Positions 19,161 to 27,116 of a stretch of 36,618 nt of DNA are shown here, one piece after another (position 1 is the stretch's first letter; every line of letters begins with the position of its first letter). The position numbers and the translations under genes were made by a program. Under the pieces are notes generated by a model. It worked only from the letters and a program-made list of their open reading frames with translations. It made no database searches and had not been told where the DNA came from. Source of the stretch: a virus (Duplodnaviria > Caudoviricetes); the IMG/VR virus record IMGVR_UViG_3300011337_000508, positions 1 to 36,618 of that record. One strand, given 5' to 3'.

Positions 19161-19735
19161 TAATTTCCTATAGCAGTCCAATCAAAAGAAGCAAATCCGG
19201 CATTATTAGTCGTTGTAATATATGAAAAACCCGTAGTGCTTTTTGAGGTGACATATATTTGATCAACATTAGAACTATTTCTTAATCCCGTTATTTGCAC
19301 ATTATAACAAGCTGTTGGAAATGCTAATGGGAAAGTTACAGTTCCAGCTCCATTTCCAGGAGCAACCTTAGTTCCATATTGAAAAAATAAAGCTCCAGGA
19401 AGAAAAGTCCATCCATTAGTAACAGCAGCAAAATTTGCATTAGAAGTATCGCCAGACGTCAAGGCGCATTCAGTACCAGCTACCGCATCTCGGATGAAAA
19501 ATACCTGACTATTGCCCGCAACATCTTTAGTATAGGTAGCCGCCTCACCCGCTAATGTCGTTGGCGCGGCACTTTGGACAGGCATCACAACGAACTTGTG
19601 CTTACCAACATCAGCAAGCCCTAAATCAACGTGGTTGACGGCAAGCGACTGTTTAAGCAAATCGGTATTGGTGCGCATTTGATCGCGCGTCTGGCCAAGA
19701 GATTGACCGCTATTCGGACAAGGTACATACGTCAT
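19160..19735 (-). CDS. virion protein with gp53-like C-terminal fibre domain, 191 aa
   Basis: GWTFLPGALFFQYG...VTFPLAFPTAC...WTAIGN motif. Confidence 0.7.
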   Translation of the reverse strand: MTYVPCPNSGQSLGQTRDQMRTNTDLLKQSLAVNHVDLGLADVGKHKFVVMPVQSAAPTTLAGEAATYTKDVAGNSQVFFIRDAVAGTECALTSGDTSNANFAAVTNGWTFLPGALFFQYGTKVAPGNGAGTVTFPLAFPTACYNVQITGLRNSSNVDQIYVTSKSTTGFSYITTTNNAGFASFDWTAIGN

Positions 19736-19890
19736 TATTTAGCCTTCTTACTCTTAGGTTTGTAACCAGACTTTTTTGCGACATTCAAAGCAATAGCAAC
19801 CGCCTGCTTTTGGGGACGTTTTCCGACTTTCATCTCGGTTTCAATATTTTGTTTAATTGCTTTTTCCGATTTACCTTTTACTAATGGCAT
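19735..19890 (-). CDS. small basic protein, 51 aa (not in ORF track)
   Basis: MPLVKGKSEKAIKQNIETEMKVGKRPQKQAVAIALNVAKKSGYKPKSKKAK; the MPL.KGKS...NI...QKQAVAIAL pattern recurs in phage small proteins; fills the gap exactly. Confidence 0.8.
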   Translation of the reverse strand: MPLVKGKSEKAIKQNIETEMKVGKRPQKQAVAIALNVAKKSGYKPKSKKAK

Positions 19891-20985
19891 CTAAACACTC
19901 CCTGCACCAAAGCCCCAACCACCTGTACCGTAGTTCTGGCTTAACTGGTCACTGTAAATTGTTGCTATTTGTCTCTTACCAAGTTGCGCATATGTGCGCG
20001 ACATATTGAGCGCATATGCCTGTTGTAGCCCTGCTTCCATCAACTGCATCCCATCAGGGTCAAGGCGGTCTTGATACACCTTCTTAGCAGCACCGAAAGC
20101 TAAAGTCTCCCACCACTCGTTCAACTCTGGCGTTCCTGCATAATTTGGGGCACCTGGCTCATCAGTACCAAGCAACACCTGAGAAGGAAGCCTATACGCC
20201 GTCATCTCAACGGTATAACCCTTATCAGGAACAGGGCGCAGCGTGAATTGGTTCTGGAAGAACATGATGGCAAGAGGGATACTCTCTTGAACGGCATTGT
20301 ATTGACACTGGATAGGCTGCCCTGATGGCACTGCCGCTGTGAATGTCAAGCCAGCGATTGCACCCGTTTGATAGTCGATCGTCCCTCCAGCTAAACAATC
20401 CCCTATCAGTGTGCCTGTTGCACCTTGCGCGCCGTCATCCGTCACATTCAATGTGCCTGCTGCTGTGTTTACAGTGATAAGCAGATTTTGCACTCTACCA
20501 GGAATCGCCTGCTGGAAGCTGGGTTTAGAGGGAGATGACAGATAGTTCGCCGAGGACGCCATCGTGGTCTGCACAATAGGATTATTATTAACGCTTCGGA
20601 TAATCGGCGTAGAGGTCAATGTCCCACTGTAAGGGCCTGCTGTTCCATCAGCAGTAGTGAAATTCTGCTGCGTCTGCCAGTTGAAGTTGGCACCATAGAA
20701 CGACCAGCAATCCTGAAAGAGCTTGATCTCCCGTTTCATGCAATAGCAAGGCATCTCAATAGTCGAATAATGCTCGCTGTCAAATGGGTAAGTATCAATT
20801 CCCTGAATGGTGTTGAAAGTATACTTGTCCTTCAACTTGAGCGATCTAAACTGTGCAGGAAAATCATAGAGATAAAAGCTATTGATGTAGTCGATGATCT
20901 GGGCATCAGTCAACTGGAAGGCATTAGCGCTACCAGTCAGCCTACGCACTTTGTCAATGATCGCCTGCAAAGTTGCTATTGCCAT
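19891..20985 (-). CDS. head-tail adaptor-like protein, 364 aa
   Basis: TLQAIIDKVRRLTG...IIDYINSFY N-terminus, LRPVPDKGYTV and LAFGAAK motifs; position after the capsid genes. Confidence 0.65.
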   Translation of the reverse strand: MAIATLQAIIDKVRRLTGSANAFQLTDAQIIDYINSFYLYDFPAQFRSLKLKDKYTFNTIQGIDTYPFDSEHYSTIEMPCYCMKREIKLFQDCWSFYGANFNWQTQQNFTTADGTAGPYSGTLTSTPIIRSVNNNPIVQTTMASSANYLSSPSKPSFQQAIPGRVQNLLITVNTAAGTLNVTDDGAQGATGTLIGDCLAGGTIDYQTGAIAGLTFTAAVPSGQPIQCQYNAVQESIPLAIMFFQNQFTLRPVPDKGYTVEMTAYRLPSQVLLGTDEPGAPNYAGTPELNEWWETLAFGAAKKVYQDRLDPDGMQLMEAGLQQAYALNMSRTYAQLGKRQIATIYSDQLSQNYGTGGWGFGAGSV

Positions 20986-21344
20986 TACATCACTTCCATC
21001 GGTGTAAATCTAACTCTCGACGTCTTTGTACAAGTAAGAACAGGTTTGCCATTAGCCCCTATTTCGGGTGATAGCACACGGACTTTCTTGTAGGTGTTGT
21101 TAAGATGCTTAACAATCCCCATCGGCAACTCGCACACTTCGCCATGTGTCAGCTTGATCGTCATCAACAAGTCCTCTTTGAACCATCGATAAGTGAAATC
21201 CAGCCATCCACCTTGCGCATCGACGAATTCGAACATGCCCTTAACAAGCTTCTCGTGCTCTTTCTTCATCTTCTTAATCAGCTCATCCCTTTTCTCAGGA
21301 TGTGCCGTGTGCATCGTCGACTTTTTATATTCAATAATCTGCAT
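20985..21344 (-). CDS. conserved phage hypothetical protein
   Basis: AAAGGA RBS before MQIIE; stop overlaps the next start. Confidence 0.7.
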   Translation of the reverse strand: MQIIEYKKSTMHTAHPEKRDELIKKMKKEHEKLVKGMFEFVDAQGGWLDFTYRWFKEDLLMTIKLTHGEVCELPMGIVKHLNNTYKKVRVLSPEIGANGKPVLTCTKTSRVRFTPMEVM

Positions 21345-21377
21345 AATAATTCCTTTCAAAGTAAAGCGGGTTTACAT

Positions 21378-21402
21378 AAAAAAACCCCCTCCGAAGAGGG
21401 GG
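21378..21402 (-). terminator. intrinsic terminator after the capsid genes
   Basis: ccccctc-TTCG-gaggggg stem-loop followed by 7 T on the minus strand. Confidence 0.9.
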
Positions 21403-21410
21403 CATCAAGA

Positions 21411-22427
21411 CTATTCCTGAACAAAATTATCGTATTTGCAAGCAACCCAGTCATACACCGCGCTAGACGATGTAAGAACATTGGAGCCACAGTACATAAC
21501 GAATTTATTCCTGTTGTCAAATGCATCAAGCAAGTTGGTTCCAGGAGGCTGTTGCGGATTTGTCGCACTGCCAGCAAGCGGCACAACACCCGAAGATGAT
21601 GGCACGCACACAGCAGGGCTGACACCAGCCGCGGCAACAGCGCTTGTTGGGAACGCAAAAGCAGTATATCCGCTTGTGTCAAGATCAAGAGTGATCGATG
21701 ATACAGTGGAGCTGTTTGTTACGCTCAAAACGCGCGCTTGCTGATTGTTGATCTCATCCATTCCAAACTCACTCGGCACGCGGAAAGATACAATCTCACC
21801 AGGTGTAAAGTCGTTCTTCGCAGTGAAATGAACAACAGCCTGCGCCGCCGCGCTGATATTCGCAATATACTGCCAACGTGGGTACATCAAGTTAGGAATG
21901 AACTTCTTAACCTGTCCCGCCGTCGCATCCGCTGCGAATGTCTGACCGCCAGATGCCATGTAGCCCAATGTGATGCTGGTGTTTGCACTAACAGCCGTCA
22001 CTTGGAATACATAACCCGCAATCTGTAATTCGCCAGTCGTCGCATAAAGACGAACATAATCGCCAACAGCGATAGAACCAGTATTTGCCATTGTACAAAC
22101 AAATGTACCCGCAATACCAGAAATCGCCGTTGTCGCCAACGCAGCAAAACTTGGAGGATTTGACGTGTCAATAAACGTAAACCCACCGCTTGTTACAGCC
22201 TCGGTTGACATAATACCAGTCGTCACAGCCTGATCAACAGTCTGCGCCGCACCAGCTGCCATGCCACGACGATACCAGCTCTCAACCGAAGTCTCAGCCG
22301 CATCGTCGCCCCATGCCGTTCTATTGCGAATCCAGAAAAAATCTGGCTCGCATGATAAAGCAACCTGCTTTTGTAATGTGGAATCGGAGGTAAACGATCC
22401 ACCTTCAACAATTGAATATGGCAACAT
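21411..22427 (-). CDS. putative capsid-associated structural protein, 338 aa
   Basis: AAGGAG RBS immediately after the capsid stop; two beta modules (TAISGIAG...VGDYVRL; ANISAAAQAVV...PGEIVSF); lies before the terminator. Confidence 0.7.
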   Translation of the reverse strand: MLPYSIVEGGSFTSDSTLQKQVALSCEPDFFWIRNRTAWGDDAAETSVESWYRRGMAAGAAQTVDQAVTTGIMSTEAVTSGGFTFIDTSNPPSFAALATTAISGIAGTFVCTMANTGSIAVGDYVRLYATTGELQIAGYVFQVTAVSANTSITLGYMASGGQTFAADATAGQVKKFIPNLMYPRWQYIANISAAAQAVVHFTAKNDFTPGEIVSFRVPSEFGMDEINNQQARVLSVTNSSTVSSITLDLDTSGYTAFAFPTSAVAAAGVSPAVCVPSSSGVVPLAGSATNPQQPPGTNLLDAFDNRNKFVMYCGSNVLTSSSAVYDWVACKYDNFVQE

Positions 22428-22438
22428 AGTTTATCTCC

Positions 22439-25400
22439 TTAAATTCCGGTTGATCTGAGGTTTTGTAACCACAAATCGTTTGTAATGCACTGGCCTTGGT
22501 AAACATGCTATTACTTTCGGGTGGCAATTCCTACTGACCATCTTTCGATGGCGGGGGAACCGCTTCGGATTCCCCTCTACAGGTTTCCTCTGTAGTTTGG
22601 ACTATCGCATCCCCTTGTGGGGTCTCAGGGCTTAGTCTCTCACGGTGGATTTGATCCTTTTATGCACCATTATATGACAGCTTTTGCAGACCCAGATTAC
22701 ATCATAAGGCTTAGAATAATCGTAATGATGTGCTTGAATCACACCTTCACTTGAGAAACAAAGAGAACATTTTTTAGGTCTTTGAATCCTTCCTTTACAA
22801 ACTGCGTTGCTAAGAAGGCTTCTTGCCCTTGCTTTCTCTGGATACAACTGCCTTAATTTTAAAGCCTCTAATTTGTATTTCACCCTCCCTTTAGGAGTAT
22901 TGAAGTATTTTTTTTGGCTTATTCTAGCTTTAGCTCTAAACTTTTCAGGGTTCTTTGCATAAGCTTCTCTATCTTTAAGGCGAATCTTTTCTCTATTTCG
23001 TTCGCGGTACCGTTTTCGATACTCTAACCTTATTTCGCGATCTTCGTTTGCTTTCTCATACTCTCTAATACATTTTTTGCATTGAGAATAATGTCCATCT
23101 TTATATCGAGTACTCTTGCGAAACTCGTTAAATGGTTTTTCTGTCTTACATTTAGTACACACCTTACTCATTTTAACTCCATTGTTATCAGAGTAAGTGT
23201 ATCACATTCCTTCCGCCTTGTCGCCATAATTATGCAGCTATTGCATAATCACAGGCTTCCAAGTCAATCACCCAAGATTTAATGTTCGCCTTATCAGTCA
23301 ACGAACAACCTGCTGTGTGTCTCAACATACCAATCTGTTACCACTCGTTCGAGTGAGTAGGTCATTTCTGCCTACTTCCGTTCCTTTCGTTGAACGGTTC
23401 GGACTATCGCATACGCCATTACTGACGTCCCTCTCACTTAGTCTCTCACGCTGCTTGCGCTTGCGCCCTGTCGCCATAGCTTACGCCGTAGGCTTCCAAG
23501 TCAATCAGAGAAGGTTTTAAATCCACATACTGTTGAAACTCAGTTACATATGGATCATTATTGTATCCTGGAGGCAAGTAAATAAACTTAGCCTTGCCGC
23601 CCGCCTGCCATACCACCTTGTAGGACTCTTTAGCCGCTACGAAGCAGTTAGCAACATCATTGCCGAGCAACGATGCGTTTGGCGTAACAGAACCCTGTTC
23701 TGACACGAACGCGCGCACGTTGTTGACGCCGCCCCATTCTGTTGAAAGTGTTCCGCTGATGTTTGGATATTCAAACTTACGTTTGAAGCCAGACACGTTG
23801 TTCAATACTGGAATCATACGTGTTGTTAACATCATACCGTACGCATCGCCAATAGGGCCGGTACCGAATTTGTTCTCGGCTTCGATCATATTGGTGATAT
23901 ATTCACCGCTGTTGTTCTGTAGAACAGTTACAACGTCGTCCAAATCAGAGATCGACATCTCTGTTGGTAGATCCTTTCTGTTACTTGTTGACCAATATGT
24001 CCCTGTTCTATGGACTTACTGGCGGATTGGTCATTTCTGCCAATCTCTTCGTATCTCTACGAAGTTCGGAGCACCGCTTCACCGTTTCCGGTGTCTGACC
24101 GCCTTGCTCTCTTACGGTCTCTTGCGAGTTCCGCAGTGTTGTCCGTCTGCTTACGCAGCGAGGAGTTCCACCTCAATCAGGTCTGATTTTAAAACGGCAA
24201 TCTGTCTACCGTTTGTCCCACCGACGCAGTTGATCACGCTAGCTGTTGACTCGAGGGAGTCGCGGACTAGCACGTCTTGCGTTTCACGCATCGCCTGTCC
24301 AAGACGGGCTGCTGCGCTGTTGAGGATTGGGTCCTCATTCGTGATTGTCACAATTGTTACTCCACAATAGTGGGAGAAGGTCATTTCTGCCTTCTTCAAT
24401 CCCTTTCGTTGGATTGATCGGACTATCGCATACACTGTTTCCAGTGTCCCTCTCGCTTAGTCTCTGACGGTCTCTTGCGAGTTCCGCAGTGTCGGCATAG
24501 CTTGCGCCTTAGCCTTCCACCTCAATCAGAGAGGGTTTATACAGGTCACATTTTTTGCCTCGTCTTTGAAGAACCTTTAGATCTTGGTAACATTTTTCGC
24601 GAAACTCCAGCTCTTCCTTTGGAACACCAAAACGATGCCCCTTACGAACAGCTTTAAAATTTTCACAAAAATTTAGCAAAATTTCAGCATTTGTTTTTTT
24701 TACTTTTAAATAGGGAAGGACACGTCGAATAAATTCGCAAATATCCTCCTTCACAACCAACTCCCAAACAAAACGGCCATTAACCACCTTGTCATTATCC
24801 TTGATTGCAATAACCCCGCTAGAAAATGTGCGCTTTATAAATGAAGGTGTCCTTGAATCCTTCTCTCCATAGCTAATTTTGGGGATATAATTGGGGCTTT
24901 TCATCCCATTATGACCAAAGCGCTTAGAAATCATGAAAGATCCATCTGTATCCATCAAACCAGCAATGTATGCCCATTTAATTGGATCTTCATCCAACAA
25001 GGATGAATCAGCCTCATCTATATTTTTCACGCATTCCAAATTTAAAAGCTTCATCTCCTGAAAACACTCTTCCTTATTAGGCATCCCATCCTTAAGCCAG
25101 TTGAGAAGAAAAACAGCTCTTTCCTTCTTCATGACCAAATATGGAATAATGCATTCAAGAAATGGGATCATCCTTTGAGAGGACGATATGCTCCATCTTG
25201 AGTGCTCACCATAAACGGATGTATTTCCAGAAAAACAGCTCACAAAAAAACCCGCTAATTCTTTACCACTTTTACCAATAGCCGCTCCAGCAACGTATCG
25301 AAGGTACTTACCCGATCTTTTAGTGATATAAAAAGATCCATCACCTTCCATAGCTCCTGCCAAATAGGCATAATCCAACTGCTCTTTTTCCATATATCCT

Positions 25401-25770
25401 CCTAGATACTATTGTTATAGTATACAGGATTGTATATGTATTAGGCAACCAAAAGATTCACTAATTCTTCTGCATATAGACTAACCTGTCTGGTCAATAC
25501 CACGTAAGTCGCATATACTCTAACACGGCAGTCGACATCGACGCGGTTAAGCGTTTGCGCGGGCGGATTTAGTTGTCCGTCATCCAAAGGCACGTCGAAC
25601 AGTTCTAACCTGTCATAACGCGATTGACGGTCAATGAAGCCTTGGTTGTCTGGGAGTTCAACAGGCGTAGCAAAGAGCATATGCACTAAGTTACGTTCTG
25701 GTGTAGACAACAGCTTCGCATTGTACCGCTGCTGAATTTGCGGCGGCATGGTTGAAATGGAAACAGTCAT
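22439..25770 (-). CDS. major capsid protein (N4-gp56-like), five exons: 25483-25770, 24208-24348, 23550-23973, 23301-23330, 22439-22503; 315 aa spliced
   Basis: Exons total 948 nt and join in frame: ...LTRQV|TITNEDP...GGTNG|DLPTEM...NNDP(C)MLRHTAGCS(F)YQGQCITNDLWLQNLRSTGI; lies downstream of the scaffold; motifs match the family as I recall it. Confidence 0.92.
22504..23300 (-). mobile_element. group I intron 4 (797 nt) with HNH-like endonuclease ORF
   Basis: P1 exon tgttcgU pairs with Gcgaaca; P3 tcttggg/cctgaga; P7 strands agagactaa (22632-22640) and gcgatagtcc (22599-22608); ends in G at 22504. Confidence 0.9.
22632..23171 (-). CDS. intron-encoded HNH-like homing endonuclease, 179 aa
   Basis: N-terminal C4 zinc finger, basic linker, C-terminal CSLC...AHHYDYSKPYDVIWVCKSCH motif; GGAG RBS; stop lies in the P7 5' strand. 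Confidence 0.8.
   Translation of the reverse strand: MSKVCTKCKTEKPFNEFRKSTRYKDGHYSQCKKCIREYEKANEDREIRLEYRKRYRERNREKIRLKDREAYAKNPEKFRAKARISQKKYFNTPKGRVKYKLEALKLRQLYPEKARARSLLSNAVCKGRIQRPKKCSLCFSSEGVIQAHHYDYSKPYDVIWVCKSCHIMVHKRIKSTVRD
23331..23549 (-). ncRNA. group I intron 3 (219 nt, ORF-less)
   Basis: P1 atccaU/Gtggat; P3 ccttctc/gagaggg; P7 agagactaa (23438-23446) and gcgatagtcc (23401-23410); ends gtaacagattG. Confidence 0.9.
23974..24207 (-). ncRNA. group I intron 2 (234 nt, ORF-less)
   Basis: P1 aacggU/Gccgtt; P10 gatct/agatt; variant P7 agagagcaa (24104-24112) and gcggtgctcc (24068-24077); ends gtaacagaaaG. Confidence 0.9.
24349..25482 (-). mobile_element. group I intron 1 (1134 nt) with LAGLIDADG ORF in the P1 loop
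   Basis: Exon acaggtU pairs with Gacctgt at 24541-24547; P3 ccctctc/gagaggg; P7 agagactaa (24457-24465) and gcgatagtcc (24421-24430); ends gtaacaattgtG. Confidence 0.9.
24509..25393 (-). CDS. intron-encoded double-motif LAGLIDADG homing endonuclease, 294 aa
   Basis: Motifs YLAGAMEGDGSF and YIAGLMDTDGSF, each followed by a PYL..KK segment; AGGAGG RBS. Confidence 0.92.
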   Translation of the reverse strand: MEKEQLDYAYLAGAMEGDGSFYITKRSGKYLRYVAGAAIGKSGKELAGFFVSCFSGNTSVYGEHSRWSISSSQRMIPFLECIIPYLVMKKERAVFLLNWLKDGMPNKEECFQEMKLLNLECVKNIDEADSSLLDEDPIKWAYIAGLMDTDGSFMISKRFGHNGMKSPNYIPKISYGEKDSRTPSFIKRTFSSGVIAIKDNDKVVNGRFVWELVVKEDICEFIRRVLPYLKVKKTNAEILLNFCENFKAVRKGHRFGVPKEELEFREKCYQDLKVLQRRGKKCDLYKPSLIEVEG

Positions 25771-25788
25771 GGTTTTACCCTTTAATGG

Positions 25789-26517
25789 TTAAAACCCACC
25801 GCCTGCCTGTTGTGCGAAACCCATCATTTCTTGGTAGATGGCTGACTTCTCCGCATCTGTCATGCGAAACGCTTGAGCCATCGGACGCTTGTCATAAGCT
25901 TGTGGGGATTGAACGGTTTTAGCGTTCTCCGCAAGCTTTTTGTCCACTTCCTTTGACCTGCGCGAGTCGCCTACTTTTTCGGCTAAATTCAGCGCTTTGA
26001 TGTAGTTGTAGCTTTGGAGACCTATTTTGTAGGGATCTTTCAGCTCCGCAATCGTAGAGGCAAGCTCTGGGTTCTTTTCTTCGAGCAATGCCAGTGTTTC
26101 GGGAGTAACCACCTCTTGAAAATCGTTGTATTGACGCTTGAGACGATCCATGAATTGCGACTGATGCTGACGCTCCATCATCTCGTTGACTTTGCGTTCG
26201 GCGATCTCCTCGGCGATGTGGGCGGCCTTCTTATTGACAAGTTTCGCGACCTTGCCTTTAGGAATATATTCCTCATCACCGATGCTGTCGAATTCGTCGA
26301 CCTCTTTGGGAGCTTGTGACGCCTTCCAGCGTTCAAATTCCTGTCTTTGCGCCTTCAACTCATCTGCAAGTTGACGGTTCTCTACACGCATTTTAGCCCA
26401 AGCCCTATTGGCCTCTTGGCGCTCTGCGTTTTCCTGTACCACTGGCACATCATGGCTTTCTGTTACTGGAGCGGGGGACTCAGGTACACCCATTTGATCT
26501 TCTATAACGTCGGTCAT
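25789..26517 (-). CDS. putative capsid scaffolding protein, 242 aa
   Basis: Acidic N-terminus, coiled-coil, directly upstream of the major capsid gene. Confidence 0.7.
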   Translation of the reverse strand: MTDVIEDQMGVPESPAPVTESHDVPVVQENAERQEANRAWAKMRVENRQLADELKAQRQEFERWKASQAPKEVDEFDSIGDEEYIPKGKVAKLVNKKAAHIAEEIAERKVNEMMERQHQSQFMDRLKRQYNDFQEVVTPETLALLEEKNPELASTIAELKDPYKIGLQSYNYIKALNLAEKVGDSRRSKEVDKKLAENAKTVQSPQAYDKRPMAQAFRMTDAEKSAIYQEMMGFAQQAGGGF

Positions 26518-26642
26518 GTTTTTCCTTTACGCTTGGCGAGAGCGAGTGACTGCCGATAATTTCCAACTCTAGATAATTGGAAATTTAATTAACCGATAAT
26601 GTATAATTTTGATTTACGTCAACATTAAACTTAAGAGTTAAC

Positions 26643-26936
26643 ATGCTGTGTACATTGTGTGGGGAAGATAGAGAGGTTGACGATTTTTTATTAGGAGGGG
26701 CGGAGTGCTATAAATGCGTATATAAGCGCAAAATGGCCGCCATCAAGGAGCCTGCCACTAAGAAGAAGCCCAAAGTATGCAAAATCTGCGGAACCATCGT
26801 CAGGCCGCCGAAGACGGCGTTTTGTTGCGATGAATGCGCCCATATTGGATGGGAAAAACAGAGAAAGGAATACTGGGTAAGGAAAGTGCTAATCACTGGG
26901 GGAAAATTCAACCCATGGCCGAGATACAATGGTTGA
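26643..26936 (+). CDS. Cys-rich putative zinc-finger protein, 97 aa
   Basis: CTLC...CYKC and CKIC...FCCDEC clusters; opposite strand to its neighbours. Confidence 0.6.
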   Translation: MLCTLCGEDREVDDFLLGGAECYKCVYKRKMAAIKEPATKKKPKVCKICGTIVRPPKTAFCCDECAHIGWEKQRKEYWVRKVLITGGKFNPWPRYNG

Positions 26937-27110
26937 TAACTTTGTCAATAGCTGTTCATAGCCGTTGATAAGTGCAATATTGTCGACAAAACATCACACT
27001 CACCAACAGCCCATGAACAACTTGTAAACAACACTTACAACATGGGAAAAGTGCCACTTACAACATTTCCCACAACGCCTTAAGATGATGAATATCTATA
27101 TATTAAATCT
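26931..27110. promoter_or_regulatory. array of degenerate DnaA-box-like 9-mers, 12-bp direct repeat and AT-rich tract
   Basis: ggttgataa 26931, tgtcaatag 26943, tgttcatag 26953, cgttgataa 26963, tttcccaca 27066; cacttacaacat at 27032 and 27055. Confidence 0.45.
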
Positions 27111-27116
27111 TCTTCT

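Noticed and set aside
23660-24370. 236-aa plus-strand ORF
   Set aside because: Antisense to capsid exons and intron 2; no RBS or recognisable motif.
22504-25482. Group II intron or retroelement interpretation
   Set aside because: No GUGYG start, no domain V and no reverse transcriptase; P7 motifs and terminal G indicate group I.
25484-25487. Alternative intron 1 5' splice site after caggt, pairing with nearby gcct
   Set aside because: Only 4 bp, and an in-frame join would need an intron ending in U; the distal 7-bp guide gives a terminal G and P10.
22439-25770. Capsid as a degraded pseudogene or intein-split gene
   Set aside because: The inserts contain stops and are not in frame, so they are not inteins; the exons rejoin exactly at group I splice signatures.
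23446-25770. ORF-track calls 23446-23958, 24151-24435 and 25441-25770 as separate genes
   Set aside because: They are capsid exons extended into intron sequence.
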